This document shows, in pieces, positions 40,528-52,459 of a DNA stretch of 64,000 bases. The first letter of the stretch is position 1; each line of letters opens with the position of its first letter. The DNA is from Octopus sinensis (Eukaryota). Under the pieces are notes generated by a model. The model did no database searches. It worked only from the letters and a program-made list of their open reading frames with translations, and was not told the origin of the DNA. The stretch lies in NCBI RefSeq assembly GCF_006345805.1, contig NC_043001.1, positions 1,116,001 through 1,180,000 of the forward strand, in the 5' to 3' direction. A program made the translations under genes and the position numbers.

Positions 40528-41237
40528 TCATCATCATCATCATCGTCCAACGTCCGTTTTCCGCGCTAGCATGGGTTGGACGGTTCGACCGGGGTCTGGG
40601 AAGCCAGGGGCTGCACCAGGCTCCAGTCTGATCTGGCAGAGTTTCTACAGCTGCATACCCTTCCTATCGCCAACCACTCCGCGAGTGCAGTGAGTGCTTT
40701 TTACGTGCCACCTGCACAGGTGCCAGGGGGGTCCGGCATCGGCCACGATCGGTTGGAGCTTTTAACGTGCCACCGGCACAGAAGCCAGCCAAGGCGGCGC
40801 TGGCAATGGCCACGTTCGGATGGTGCTTTTTATGTGCCACCGGCACAGAAGCCAGTCGAGGCGGCGCTGGCAACGGCCACGTACGGATGGTGATTTTTTT
40901 ATGTGCCACTGGCACAGGTATCACAACTACTATTTCCATTGATATTTATTTCGATGTTCATGTTCATGTACTTGACTCAACAGGTCTCCTCAAGTACAGT
41001 GAGACGTTCCGGGATCCAGGGTACTTTGAATGGGCAGGGGGCTATGCGGAACTGGTGCAGGAAGCAGCCCGGGTCTTTGCAGTCACAGCATATCTCCAGA
41101 GATCTTGGTCCTTCGCCATTGCCTCAGTGAGGCCCAACATTCTGAGGTCATGCTTGACTACCTCATCCCATGTCTTCCTGGGTCTACCTCTCCCCCTGAT
41201 ACCTTCAACTGTTTGGGAGTGGCACTTCTTCACACAT
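40528..41237 (-). mobile_element. Young 5'-truncated RTE LINE inserted into the right foldback arm
   Basis: ORF end KKCHSQTVEGIRGRGRPRKTWDEVVKHDLRMLGLTEAMAKDQDLWRYAV, a 3'UTR with ~60-bp tandem units and a (GAT)n tail. ATCAT is duplicated at the junctions; CpGs are retained. Confidence 0.92.
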
Positions 41238-43439
41238 CATGTAATATCATAATATAAATAAATTATTGGGTTGTCAATAGTATCTCTCTAATTTATCTTC
41301 ATATATATATATACACACACACTCATACATAGACAATAAGGGCTAGCGAGGTATGCTCAACATAGAAACCATGTAGTTGTGCTCGAATGAATTTGAATTG
41401 AAACCACAGTGGAAATGAACTCGAAACCAGGTGGTTGGAAAACCGATATCTTAACTATGCAGCCTGCATCTATTATGTCTTTGCAAGAAATATTTATTGC
41501 TTTATTTCCAGAATCTGCAGGTGGTCTGAGTATATCAAGTGACAGCATTTGTCATGATTTAATGTCACAAGATTCTCTACAACTTCAAAACAAAGCTGAT
41601 TCTTCTAATGTAATACTGACAATGACTAAAGAAACAAAAAAAGAAAAAAATAATAATGAAAATAATTAATGACTTTTATTTCTAATATATATATAATGAA
41701 CACAAAGAAAATGTAATATTCTGCAGTAGCTACAACAATATGCAAGATAGGGGGAATGGCTGTTATTATAAATAATTGCAGGAGACTAAATAAATAAGTT
41801 ATAAACTGTTTAGCTTTGAGTCCACAGCCTACAGCTCTTCCATATTCCACCTTTCACTTCTGAGCTCAACATTATAGCACATGAACCAATTATAGAGCCT
41901 TTATACATATGATGGTCTTGTGTATCCTTAGCTCTGTAATATGTAACAAGTGTAGATCATAGTTATTCCATGTTATTAATAGTTTCAAAAATCACTCAAA
42001 GGTCTGTGGTTGGTGTACTGCATGCACCATTTACTGCAAGAATGACTGTCACTTTTGTCTAACACAATCTCTTCATCTCTCTGGCTAGGTCACGATGGTT
42101 CTCAATTTCTTTGGTATCCTAGCATTACTACTACTACTACTACTACTAAATTTTACTTCTCAGAGCTCTTGGTCTTGTTCTGGTTGTTTCTGTGAGAGTG
42201 GATTACAACCTGTTGTCAAATGTATTGCAGGGTCACATTTTGCAAGTTATAAGACTTGGTACCTGGATATCAAGTATTGTGGAAGACACTCAATGCCCAA
42301 GCAGTAATCTCAAAATCCTAGCAGCCCCCAACAGAGCAGTTTTTTGGGGGGGCATGCCCTGTCTTCATGTCTACTCAAAAACTAACATTCCATGACAATT
42401 GTATTCATTGTCGTTGTCCATTTCGTTCTGGCAGCCATTTAATGATAACTGGACCTGTGCTGCTTACCCACAGGCTACCTGCCAGGTGAAAATCCATTAC
42501 TTGTAGTTCTGTCTTCACCTATGTTACTGTTTGTATTAATTCTTTTATCCATTACCCTCATGCAGAGGAAAGTGGTAATAAGGTGTCACAACCACCAGTA
42601 ATTTTATTGAGACACTATCTCTAGAGGGGTTTGTCTTAAAGGACTCAAAGGGGCCCCTCTATATCATCCTTATCATCATCATCATCATCCAATACAGCTA
42701 CTTGCTTTTGGGATGGACCAAATCTCTGGCACAGGTTTACTGCTTCTTTGATCAATAAAATAAGTGTCAGTAAAGTACCAGGATCAAGAGAGTTGACTAT
42801 ATCTCATCCACCCAACAAAATCTTAAGATTTTTCCATTTTTTCAGGGAGATAGAAAGGTGTTTTTCTGAGGTTTTGCCATGGAAGGAGAAAGACAAGTGT
42901 CAACTCTTGCCTTATCCAATGAAGTGAATTGAATCCATTTGCTTTGAATGGAAACAGAAAGGCAGAGAGGGAGAGAGAGATAGAAAAGAGAGAGGAGACA
43001 AAGGGAGCAGACAACGAAAAAGCCAAAGAAATTCTAAAATTACTTATGAAAACAAATATCAATTTGAAAAATATTAAGTAGAAATTAAACAATTGAAATT
43101 AATAAATGGTATTAATTGAAGTAGTTTTTTTGTTGTTGTTTTGCTTCAGTTTCTGCCATTATTGTACAGTAGCAAAGTTAAATGGTTTACATTTAATTAA
43201 CAAAAACTATATTTATCTTCAATTAGTATCTTCACCAATCTCCAATAATATCAGTGAGATTTTTTTTTTTAGATATATCTCACTTATATATTCAAAAATA
43301 GTCACCATCATGATTATTTTCAGGTATATATTCATATATATTCATTGTTCAAAATTTAACCACAGTATCATTTTTCAAAGTGATATAAGTTTTAAAAGAT
43401 ATGCACATATGTGTGTTTGGAAACACCCAGACACACGCA

Positions 43440-43471
<32 letters not shown>

Positions 43472-43710
43472 CACACACGTGTATTATACATCATCACTGT
43501 CTTTCAACATCTGTCTGTCAATGATAATATGGAGAGGACAGCTGCATCATGCTTCAGAGTTTGCTTTGACGTGGTTTCTATGGTTGATGCTCTTCCTTAT
43601 GCTAAATACTTCACAGGGTATCCTGGGTGGCTTTCTGTCACACCAGGTCTACTGAGGTCACTATGTATATGTGTGTGTGTGTGTGTTTATATAGGCACAC
43701 ACACGTATAT

Positions 43711-43741
<31 letters not shown>

Positions 43742-43796
43742 TATGTATATAATGGAATATATATGTGTTTTTGAGTGTTTATATATATATATACAT

Positions 43797-43980
43797 ATAC
43801 TCTTTTTACTTGTTTCACTGTCTGTAGTCGAGCAAAATCGACCCCAGGACCTATTCTTTGTAAGCCTAGGACTTATTCTATCAGTCTCCTTTGCTGAACC
43901 GCTAAGTTACGGGGGACGTAAACAGACCAGCATCAGTTGTCAAGTGATGTTGGGAGGACAAACACAGACACTCAAACACA

Positions 43981-44024
<44 letters not shown>

Positions 44025-44190
44025 TTCGACAGTCTTCTTTTCAGTTTCCATCTACTAAATCCATTCACAAGGCTTTGGTTGGCCCAAGGCTATAGTAGAA
44101 GACACATGCCCAGGGTGCCATGCAGTGTGACTGAACCTGGAACCATGTGGTTGGTAAGGAAGCTACTTACCACACAGCCATTCCTGCACC
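43797..44190 (-). mobile_element. SINE family A
   Basis: Same head, body and tail as the 36226 copy. Confidence 0.88.
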
Positions 44191-44287
44191 TGTATAATGC
44201 ATATAATATCGTTCCATAGGAATCAACATTAACTTCCTCACTCCTAATACCTGTATTTTCTCAAAATGTAATTTTCTCAAATAAAGT

Positions 44288-44393
44288 GAACTTCATATTT
44301 AAGGGTCTGATGAAGCTATAGGATGTTACCCAGGAACTCAGCTAAGAATCCCCCACATCTTAAAGCAGAAATAGATATAAGCTTATGAAGTTC
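44288..44393 (+). ncRNA. Type I hammerhead with bulged helix I, slightly decayed
   Basis: GAACTTCATA TTTAAGGGT CTGATGA A GCTATAGGATGT..ACATCTTAAAGC A GAAA TAGAT ATA AGCT TATGAAGTTC. Intact CUGAUGA and GAAA, 11/12-bp helix II, A-A mismatch at its base, 10-bp complementary flanks. Confidence 0.75.
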
Positions 44394-44531
44394 AGTGCAT
44401 AACCTTTGTTTTTTTCCTGCTGTCATCTCTTTGTTCCTATATATACATTGTTGCTTATTTTGATTATATATATATATATATATATAAAATATTATTAGAG
44501 ACAAAACCACTATTTTGCAAAACAAACAAGG

Positions 44532-44585
<54 letters not shown>

Positions 44586-45066
44586 GTGGGTAAAAACGGT
44601 AAGATAACAAAAGAAAGAAAGAGACCTCAATATTATGTAAATTGAGGAAATTTATCTGTAAACTCAGAGTTTTATCTTGGCTATTGAATAATTGTCACGT
44701 ATTATTTTACAGATATATATATATATATATATATATAAATGTTGTGGCGAGAGTCATTGGCTCCTCTGAGGGATTGGAATAAGTAGAATAAGTACTAGGC
44801 TTACAAAGAATAAGTCCTGGGGTCGATTTACTCGACTAAAGGTGATGCTCCAGCATGGCCACAATCAAATGAATGAAACAAGTATATGAGTAAAAGAGTA
44901 TCATTTTCATATAAAAAAGATACATCTCTCTTTCTCTCTCTCATTGTGTGTGTGTGTGGAACAGGTGAAACACAGACTGCAACCAATTTATAGCAAACTG
45001 ATACTTGTTACATAAGCTGTAACATACACAGAACCAGCTTGGCTCAGTCTTCATGTCCGATTACTA

Positions 45067-45990
45067 TATGAAGGGGTAGCCAAAAGTAACTAGAAGCATT
45101 TTCTGTGGGACAAGACCATTGTAGTTCAGGCTTCTGCTGCTAGAAGCTACCTGTTGCAACCCTCAGACATCAGTCTGCCAGTCAATGTCATCAAGTGAAG
45201 TGGTGTGTCTTTGCTTTGCAGTGCTTCTCACCTGTTCTTCGATTTTTCCAATAGCTAAATTGAAGAAATGGCATTCTTTCATGTAATTCTGTCTTCTGCT
45301 GAGGGAAACGACAGCTGAAACAGTTGCCATGCTTCAAGCAGCTTACAAGGACACTGCCATGAACAAAATAAATTTCTGAGTGGCTTTCATACTTTAGGAA
45401 TGGTCACTTGTCGCTTTAAGACCAACCTCATTCAGGGTGACCCGACCTCCTAAATGAATGAAAACATCCTGAAAATTCATGAACTGATCTTGGAGGATTG
45501 TCAGCGAATAATTGACAGACTTGTTGATATGACTGGTGTGTCCTGGAGCTTCTGCCAACGAGATTGGAGTGAGGAATTGCGAATGAAAAGACTTACAGAA
45601 AATCAGAAGCAGTCATGAATTGGAAGAACAGTTGGAAGCTGATCTAAACTTTTTCCCAAAGGTCATCACTGGTGATGAAAACTGGTGCCATGGATACGAT
45701 AAAGAAATGATGCAGTAATCAAGTGAATGGAAGCATTCAATGTCCCCCTTGCCCCCCCCCCTAAGTCTGTCAAGTGAAGTCCAATGTTAAGATGATGCTG
45801 ATTTGTTTCATAGATGTGAAAGGACTTCTTTCACACAGAATCTGTTCCTCCTGGTCAATCTGTTAACCAAACATTTTACTTGGCAGTTCTGAAGCACTTT
45901 TCAGAAGCAGTGAGACGAAAACACTTGACCTGTAGCAAAGTGGAGAGTGGTGGCTTCATCATGACACTGCACGCACACACACACACACGG
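45067..45990 (+). pseudogene. Mariner transposase pseudogene, 3'-truncated
   Basis: TIR-like start TATGAAGGGGTAGCCAAAAGT; decayed TAETVAMLQAAY.., VITGDENWCHGYD, VKSNVKMMLICF, WWLHHDTARTH. Confidence 0.9.
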
Positions 45991-46740
45991 TGATGGTGAT
46001 GATGATGATGATCTTCTGCACAACATTTTGCTCACTAAATTCCATTCAAAAGACAAAGAACAACCTGCAACTAACGTAAAAGACACTTGTCTTTGATGTC
46101 AACATGCAAAGGACCTGATCAAGAAACTCTGAGCGATAAAAGGATCCTCTTAACACCAAACCTACTTTTCAGAAAAATTACAAATGATCTTAGTTTGCAA
46201 TTCAATCTAATTTCTTTTGCTCTACATGTCTCTCTGCCATCGTTTGTTTAATGTTCTGTATGTATATACTAAACATGTAGGAAGTCCCTCACTGCTTATC
46301 ATGCAGCTTGTGTCTTACGAGGAATTCTAAAGTTAAATACTCCAGCTTCCCACCCCTACACCCAGAGAGGTGAAGGTCAACAAGGGAAAACAACAAGATC
46401 TGAACTCAGAATGAGATATATCAAGACCCTATAAATCATTTCATCCAGTAGAAATTGATGCTTTCTTTAACAATAAATCATCAAATATTCTTCACATTGA
46501 AATATGGCACTGGTTCAACAATTCCTGTTTTCTTTACTAAACAACCAATCACTTTTAATGCCTTTATTTTTCAAGTTCTCTTCAGCACTTAAGAAAGCAA
46601 AATTTCCAAAAGAAGGAAAAGCAAGAAAGTTCCTCATAATGGCCAAAATCTCAGCATTGGATACGTTATGGCCTCACACATTATTTTGCATCTTAGCTCA
46701 AAGTATAAACTGTACCAAATATAACTTCATTCAACGCATA

Positions 46741-47301
46741 TACGGGGTCTGATCAATAAATATCCGGACTGTTGCCATAGTAACGAAGCTAATGCATGTA
46801 GAATGAAGCTGCTTAACAAGGATTGATTTTAAATTCTGCTGTGCATGTACACTAAGTTTTATCATTCCAGCTCACTTCTGCTGTTTACAGCAGCATTTGG
46901 AAGGAAGATATGTAGCATGCGATTGATGCATTTACCATGACAGAGGAAGTTGTCATGGTGATACCTGCTCAGAGGCTAATGCAAAGTTGCAGAAAGTGTA
47001 TGGAGAGGAGTGTATGAACCACATACAAGTGGTTCAGACGTTTCTAAGATGGCCGAAAAAATGTTGATATTGACGAACGTTCTGGGCAACCCAGAAGCAG
47101 CAAGACTGGGAAAAATAGTGCAGGTGTTTGTGTAGCTATCAGGGGAAATCACTACACACCTTCCTTCCAAGCACTGCTGTAAACAACAGAAGCGAGTTAC
47201 AACGTTAAAACTTAGTGCACACGCACAGCACAATTTAAGGTAACTCTGTGCCAAGTGGCCTTACTCAGCATGCTTTAGTTTCATTACTATGGCAACAGTC
47301 C
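46741..47301 (+). mobile_element. Mariner-derived foldback element (5' end duplicated in inverse)
   Basis: Arms 46766-46915 and 47152-47301 are reverse complements. The spacer encodes decayed HTH (AKLQKVYGEECM..WFRRF..DIDERSGQP); the left end starts TACGGGGTCTG. Confidence 0.85.
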
Positions 47302-48629
47302 ATATATATGTGTGTGTGTGTGTATCCTTTGACTGTGTTGTTGCAAAAACATGTTTGACTTAACAGTAAACAAAGGTCAAAGAATGAAAACAAAGCAATG
47401 GAATTAGTTTTGCTCTCCATTTGTAGACACTAACGACTGGAATGTATTTGGCATTGCTGCTGATTCTTATTTCCATCATCAATGCTTAAAAACAATTTGT
47501 TTTATTAAGTACCTTTGCATGGGAATACATTTTGGATTTTTTTATAGAATTAATTTCATACCTTTTAGCTAAATCAACCAAGGACATGCTGTCCAAACTT
47601 TGGATTATCTATTGGAATGTCTAGCTTTTAAAAAATGCAAACATTTTAAACATATTTAAAAAATAATTTTTAATTTTGTTTTTCAAATATGTTTAAAACG
47701 TTTGTTTTAATTTTCTAGATTTAATAATTTCCGAATGATGATGATGATGATGGAGTTAGCAGTCTGGGTACCAAAGCAACGAATGAAGAATGCAATGTGA
47801 TTATGTGATCTGCAAAAAATAACAATTGGCTTTTCCTCATATCTCATCCTACTGTTTCATGAAAAAGAGTCTGGCTAATGTAGTCCTAGATACACAATGA
47901 CACGATCTTCGGTGGAAGCCTTAATTGATCCCCTATTTAAAAGCCACCACCTGATCCTTGGCTGCCTTTAGCAAATTGCATTCTGTTACAATTATTGGTC
48001 TGAAAATAATCTTCTTTCATTATTTTAGTTAGTCTCAGAGGCCTGAAAAAAGGGTTGTGGAGGAAATCCTTAATTAATCAATTAATCAGACAAATTCATT
48101 TGACAAATGAGTATCACCTAATTAATTAGTTTCTTGATACGTTGGCACAACAATGAAGAATGATTCAAAACCTAGTGATTACAACTGGTCGGCCAAGTGT
48201 AGCCATGTGTGAACAGTAGATGGACAATGATGGGTTGTCTTGACTGTCTTGATGGAAATTATTTAATTAGATAGTTTGTTATTTATTATATTTATTAACT
48301 AGTGCATATATGTACTAGCTTGAATGTATGTCCATGTTTCAGGATATGGCATGCACCCATCACTCATTCCTCTTATGATCCTCTCATTCCTTCCTCTGTC
48401 ACTTATGCTGTTCACTCTGCAAAGAGAGCGATGAGAGAGCAAAGAAGTGGAGAGAAGAGATTTCTTTAATTTGTTGCCTCATGGCTATAATTACCTCTCT
48501 AGCACTGTTGCCATGGAATAACGCACTCAGTTCATTTTGTACAATGTAAGATTGAGAGAAAGCTTTAATCTTGTCAAGGACATGGCACTTCTCTGATGCT
48601 AGTGCCATGATAATATATCTCCAGTCCAA

Positions 48630-48832
48630 GGTGGTGAACTGGCAGAAGTGTTAGCACGCCGGGCAAAATGCTTAGCGGTATTTCGTTTGAGTTCAAATTC
48701 CGCTGAGGTCAACTTTACCTTTCATCCTTTTGGAGTCAATAAATTAAGTACCAGTTGCATACTGGGGTCGAACTAATCAACTGGTCCCCTCCCACAAAAT
48801 TTTGGGCCTTGTGCCTAGAGTAGAAAAGAATA
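48630..48832 (+). mobile_element. SINE family E
   Basis: GGTGGTGAACTGGCAGAAGTGTTAGCACGCCGGGC..GAGTTCAAATTCC..CCTTTCATCCTTTTGGAGTCAATAAATTAAGTACCAG. Confidence 0.9.
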
Positions 48833-49222
48833 TATCTGCAGTCCACTCTGTAAAATGGTTAGAATTAGGGCAGTCGACCATAGAAACCCAGCTGAAAGTG
48901 AGATTCCCCTCTTCAGTCTGTGTGGGTAACATTTTCAAATATAGGGATGTAGCCTGAATCTGATTAGGGTGACCCATTGGATCCTGCTGCTGCTGCTGAT
49001 GATGATACTGAGTTTGTCAGAGAAGGAAGGGTATTCACCATTACCATTTTTTAAGGACTTTGGTGACTAGTGATAGGAAGCAACCAAGTTATTCTCAAAC
49101 TGGTTTCAATTCTGACAACAGTGGAAACTCCATTAAACCCACTCACAGACTAAATTGATTTCTGGGTAAAATGTGATTTACAGAGTTAGCTAACCCTTAT
49201 GGAACAGACTAGGAAGGAATTT

Positions 49223-49298
49223 CAACCGTGTTTCGTGGTTTGCTACAACAACAGCTCCTTTATAGGATCCAGTTAGCTCAAGACATCATCAGGAGGAA
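49223..49298 (-). ncRNA. Possible decayed hammerhead in a CpG-rich unit (~49200-49700)
   Basis: Minus: CTC CTGATGA T GTC..GCTA..TAGC..AC GAAAC ACG GTT GA. Core motifs are present but helices I and II are poorly paired. Confidence 0.35.
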
Positions 49299-50691
49299 CC
49301 ACGCCCGGTTTTGGCCCCTAATCCTCTACCATTTTGACGTGGTGGGGCCCCCCTTTCGGAGGTGTCTTCAGCTCTGGTGTTGGGTGCATGTCTTCTTTCT
49401 TCTGTTCCCTGGTCTCTTCGGTGTAGCGTCAATGAGTGTCAGTGGGCAACTGACTGACTTGTCAAATTTTTTCCCTTTAAATACCTGCTGCTAGGCTCCA
49501 GCAGGCAGCCCCAACAAGTTGTCATGTGACACTGTCTCAACTTTAACTAACCAATGAAGGCGTGTAGTCTCAGCCCACGCATTCTCTAAATGAGACCATT
49601 GCCTATCAATCAGCGAGGCTAATTCAGTGTCAGCTTGTCTCACCTTGTAATGTTATTTTCCACCGGCGTGTTATGACTTTCAAGCCATTTCTGGCCTTCC
49701 ATTTGAATTCAAATTATTCATCATCAGAAGTAAACAAACAAAATTGTTGCAGTAATCGACAAGTTTAGGGTATTAGAATTTTAAATGAAAAATCAAGAAC
49801 TTAGGTGCAACACCAAGTTTGCTTTTATGAGGAAAAACGCTTTGTTTTGAGGATATAATTGTTCTCAACATCAATATTTCTTTCTGTGAAAGTGAATGAG
49901 AAACAAAAAAAAATAATAATAATAATAAACCTGAAATCAGAAATACTAAAGATATGTTGAACTAACTTCATGTTAATTCAAAAATTAACAGAATGTTGAA
50001 TATTCTTGCTCTACAGTCATAATTCTTCTTATGATTATATATAACCAACCATTATTATAGTTTGAAAAAATTAGTTACATACCAATAACAAAACCAAAAA
50101 CAAGATAACCAAAGACTTAGTGCTATACAGACATCATAATCTACTCAACCAACCGGTTGAAAAAAAAATATTCATTAATTTTCTCCAATTCAAATAGCAC
50201 TCGTCACATTTTTCTGCAAAAATTTTTAACACCTAATATAATAGAGTCTTTTATAACTTTTCTCAAATCAATATCTAAATTGTATTTTTCCATGAGTATC
50301 ATTGGAATTTAATTTATTCCACAGAATTCTACTCTACCAAGTTCTTCACATTCAGAAAAATTTTCACAATAAAAACAGAACAGGGCAATATTAATTGATC
50401 ATTTTGAAAAGAAGAAAATAAAGATAATATTAAAAAAAAGCAATAAATAAAAAGGAATATGAATAAAACAATAAATAATACAGTAAAAAGATTTGCAAGA
50501 AAAAAAGAGAAAAAAAAAAAGAAAATATTTTCTTGCAGCATTAAGAACAAGTTCTTTCATTCAGAAATAAAATTAATGCTTTATTGCTTATCAAATAATG
50601 GTCGTCTTCTTTCAAGAACTTAAGAACTCTGATCACTGGTAATTAACTGTTGGCAATATTAATTTCTAGCAATAGTCATCATATCACACAC

Positions 50692-50738
<47 letters not shown>

Positions 50739-50871
50739 GAGAAAGTAAAATGGATTGTGGGTAAAAAAATTAGTTTGTCAGATTCAGTGGAAGCTGTCTA
50801 AAAATAATTCAGTTGGTGAGGATTATATATTTAAATATGCATGTGCGTTTACGTCCGTATGTGGAAGCAGA

Positions 50872-50936
<65 letters not shown>

Positions 50937-50985
50937 GTATATATGTATGTATGTCATGTATATATATATACATATATATATATAT

Positions 50986-51038
<53 letters not shown>

Positions 51039-51041
51039 ACC

Positions 51042-51136
51042 AAAAGAGCTACAAATAGTTTCATGCTATTATGATACTTGACAGGCATATTTATATGACA
51101 TGTCATGTACCTCGAAGCAATCTTTCAGGCTCTCTT
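51042..51136 (-). ncRNA. Type I hammerhead at the 3' end of a Penelope-like element
   Basis: AAGAGAGC CTGAAAGA TTGCT..AGCAT GAAAC TATTT GTA GCTCTTTT. 8-bp helix I, GUA triplet, one extra A in the core. Confidence 0.75.
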
Positions 51137-51360
51137 TATGTGTTATGTATAATTTTTAAAAACAAGGACGCTGGACAGTAAGAAAATGAGAAAAAATGTG
51201 GAAAAAACATGAAGAAGGTTGGTACGAAAAATAGAAGATGAAAAAAGATATCAAATCAAGAACTATGATCCTTGTCCTTCCTGATTGTAGAAAACTCATT
51301 AATACAACTGGTTTAGAACAAAATAACAAGAAAATATGTCAAAGTCTATGAAATAGCAAC

Positions 51361-51755
51361 TCAGTCTGGAGTGGGTGGAGCTCTCCAATTCGATAAAAGG
51401 AATCTGTCCATGTGTCTACACCTGCTAAAAATCTCAGATCTCAAATTAAGCGGTGTTTTGGCATTGCTGGCTCAAAGAAGAATACGAGATCTTTCTGCTA
51501 TGCATAAATTGCATTTCTTAGATCCCCACTATTCTCCACTTAATTGTATGTGGTATGGAGCTGCTCTTCAAATTCCATATGTGGCTAGCCAATTTAGTTG
51601 CATTACTTTCATTGATGTGCCAGAAAGAAGATTGGTGGTTTGCATACTTTCTCTTGAATTTGGCCTCACATAACCCAATGTAATTCTTCTTTTCAATTGT
51701 CTTGGAGTGTAGTGGTAACTTCAGCCTCATATATGACGGAGTTTATCATACATGT
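51361..51755 (-). pseudogene. Penelope-like element GIY-YIG endonuclease, C-terminal remnant
   Basis: SVIYEAEV../ KNYIGLCEAKFKRKYANHQSSF..ATKLASHIWNLK..IKWRI / KKCNLCIAER..LNLRSEIFSRCRH; frameshifted. Confidence 0.88.
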
Positions 51756-52459
51756 TTGATCAGTGAGCAAACTTCAAAGTCTTGACAGGTGTGTATTTGT
51801 GTATATATGTGCATATATGAATATATGTATGTGTGCATATGTAGATATATATGTATGTGTGCATATGTAGATATATATATAGAGAGAGACATAGGCAGAT
51901 AGATATGGTAAATCTAACTGAAAAACCAAGCCACACATGGTCCTTTGGTTCATTTAAGAGGGTAGCATTCACTCTGAATAATGACTCTACTTTATAATCA
52001 TTAGGACAGCAAAACTGGTGTTAGGACTTAATGTCCAAAGAAAAATTAATCCTTGATATTGTTCTCAATGTAGAATCTGTTGAAGAGAAACGAAAAAACT
52101 CCCAAATTTGGAAGAATGTAAAAAAGCTCATGTGGCAAAGACTAGATAGAAACTTGAAGCTTACAGAGTTGGTGCTACCTGACAAGGTGCTTCTATTGAT
52201 ACTCAATGCAAACAAGGGTACACAACAGGTACCGTGGGATTTCACACTTATTGACTAGCACAGGCATGGATGTGGGGTTTAAAAAGTTAATTTCTCAACC
52301 ACTTAGCCAAGTATTTTGTATTGTACCCCAAACCGACTGAAGAGACAAACAAAGTATTTTTTTGAGTGAATTTGGGAGACAGAAACTAAGAAAATCTCAT
52401 CGTGTGTATATATATATGAATGTATGTAGGTCAGGCCACTCTTGGTGGCACTGGTAAAA

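Larger units (their letters stand above)
38988..41296. mobile_element. Foldback element: ~460-bp inverted arms (38988-39448; 40154-40527 plus 41238-41296) around a ~700-bp spacer, probably inverted Penelope-like termini
   Basis: About 5 mismatches counted by eye over the inner ~285 bp. Each arm carries an outward-facing decayed hammerhead; (TA)n lies beyond both ends. Confidence 0.9.

Noticed and set aside
40680-40920. ~60-bp repeated units with variable interiors, superficially CRISPR-like
   Set aside because: These are the tandem 3'UTR units of the RTE element, also seen at 27730-27860 and 62830-62947. Eukaryotic context, no cas genes.
43106-43774. 222-aa ORF
   Set aside because: Runs through AT-rich sequence, (CA)n and a decayed retroposon tail; no domain or splice support.
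44590-44720. TA-flanked short element with hairpins, possible PLE terminus
   Set aside because: No hammerhead core is present in this copy, so the assignment cannot be supported from the sequence.
49335-49375. CTGAAGA..GAAA..GTC on the minus strand
   Set aside because: No helix II or III can form; the GAAA is the loop of a separate hairpin.
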